This document shows, in pieces, positions 62,633 through 64,000 of a DNA stretch of 64,000 nucleotides. Positions within the stretch are counted from its first letter, which is position 1. Each line of letters begins with the position of its first letter. Under the pieces are notes generated by a model. That model saw nothing but the letters and a program-made list of their open reading frames with translations, searched no databases and was not told the DNA's origin. The position numbers were made by a program, and so were the translations under genes. Source of the DNA: Macrostomum lignano (taxonomy: Eukaryota); the NCBI GenBank assembly GCA_002269645.1, contig NIVC01001222.1, positions 1 through 64,000 on the forward strand, given 5' to 3'.

Positions 62633-64000
62633 CAGTGGTGGGAGTGAGGCGCGAATTCGCGCCTGGCGCAAATTTCGGGATTAATGGCGCGAATGCGCGA
62701 TTTATGAGGCGAGGCGCGATTTTTTTTTATGCTCAATGTGCGAAAAATGTTAGCTGATTTTGCTTTACTTTGCTCGTGACCCCAAAGTCGAATTTTTTCT
62801 TCTATTTTTGGTCGAAGTTTTGTGTCCTCTGCAGAAGTTCGAGCTGTTGTTCCAACAAGAAGACTGCCAAATATTCCGGCTGTACGAAGTGCTGAATGAC
62901 CTGACACGCTGCTGGCTGTTGCGCTTTGTCTCGCCAGTCAAACTACCCGCCAAAGTCTGGAAGCTGGATTTAAAGGACAGTTCGATTTGGCTGCCCCATC
63001 TGCAAATTGGCATGGGGGAGCAGGCCAGGCGTCTCTTCATTGAGATGTCTGCTAGTGACCAACAGGCCTGTCTAGCTTCGGTGAAAGCGTTCTTTGTAAA
63101 GGGAACAGAGAAACTCTTTGAATATTTGCCGCTGAGCAGCTCCACTCTTCGTGCCTGCCAACTGCTGGATCCGAAAAAGCAGACAAACGATCAGTTTGTT
63201 CAGTGGGTTGATACCATTGCCAGGCAGCTACCGACAATCATGACAGCAAGCGAGCTCGACACGTTGCGAGTTGAGGCTCATGCTCATCAACAAGATGTGC
63301 TGATTGCTGAGTTAGACATTGAATCCAAATCGGCTAGTAACTTCTGGGGAAAGGTCGCCGCAGTTGGCAATCGCCCACTTCTTATGTGCATAGTACGTGT
63401 GTTATTCGTCTTGCCGCACGGCAACGCAGAAGTCAAGAGAATTTTCAGCAATCTTAATGATGTCGTTACAAAGAAGCGCTCCAGTCTTGGAGCGCACACC
63501 ATTAAGGCACTAGTCATCGCGCGCTCTTGCCTTGCTGCTAAATGTTGGACAGCTGCTACGCTACCAGTCTCGCTTAGGTTGCAGAACCTGTGCAACAGCG
63601 CCTATGCTGCGTACCGACGACGGCTGGAAGAAGAGAAGCAAGAAGAGGAGCGCAAGAAGAGGGAAGAGCTCGAGAAGAGTGTCCTCTCCGAAATTCGAAA
63701 TGAGAAAAGCGCAAGCAAGACATTCACAGACTTAGAAAATTCTGTTCTGGAGACTAACGAGCAGATAAAGAAGAAGCAGAAGCAGAGGGATGACGCTCAA
63801 AAGCTGTTGCTGGAAATGACTAATTCGAAGGAGGACCGAGATCGTGAGCTGGACGACCTGCGACACAGACAAGACAAGCTGCAGAAGAAGAAGCTGAAAC
63901 AGGCCGAGAAAATCACTGAGACGGTGCTCAAGCGTCGAGCTATTGAGCAGTCATTGTCGAACCCTCTGCCAGAAAGCGTTCAACAGAAAAAGTTCCGCTC
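62633..64000 (+). mobile_element. hAT-superfamily element (left end plus C-terminal transposase region), incomplete at the window edge
   Basis: Starts CAGTGGTGG after GTTACAAC (nTnnnnAn-type target), with GCGCGA-rich subterminal motifs. Transition from AT-rich to GC-rich DNA. Confidence 0.6.
62835..64000 (+). CDS. Open frame (>388 codons, no stop in window): hAT transposase C-terminal/dimerisation region plus coiled-coil tail
   Basis: Follows a pyrimidine-rich CAG acceptor at 62834. FW.KV...LFVLPHGNAEVKRIFS..N...TKKRSSL matches the hAT P.snA..ER.FS motif. Not in the ORF track because it runs off the end. Confidence 0.8.

Overview
This is 64 kb of AT-rich animal (invertebrate) genomic DNA with GT-AG introns and TTAGGG-type repeats; the species cannot be fixed from sequence alone. 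1-13 kb is a near-identical ~6.3-kb tandem duplication. Each unit holds a G-run satellite (GGGGG[A/T/C]AAGATTC), a (TCTG)n array and a deleted promoter/exon-1 stub of the gene family described next. 22-53 kb is a tandem cluster of five paralogous secreted lectin-like genes on the + strand, with the layout signal peptide | PAN/apple module | Thr-rich linker | N-terminally shortened fibrinogen-related domain (FReD). Copies A, C and E are intact, copy B has lost the whole FReD, and copy D has a nonsense codon. The PAN exon is nearly invariant across copies, while the FReD ligand-binding end is hypervariable. Next to the cluster lie an intronless PAN-like + LamG/ConA-like gene with one in-frame TAG, a two-exon secreted phospholipase A2 with a hydrophobic C-terminal extension, and an intronless DHHC palmitoyltransferase. 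Mobile elements include an apparently intact Merlin DNA transposon, a 5'-truncated RNase-H-bearing LINE, two solo LTRs, a deleted Tc1/mariner element, CORE-like SINEs, a 2-kb ORF-less long-TIR element, and a hAT-derived reading frame running off the window end. All calls come from manual reading and motif recognition; no database searches were run.
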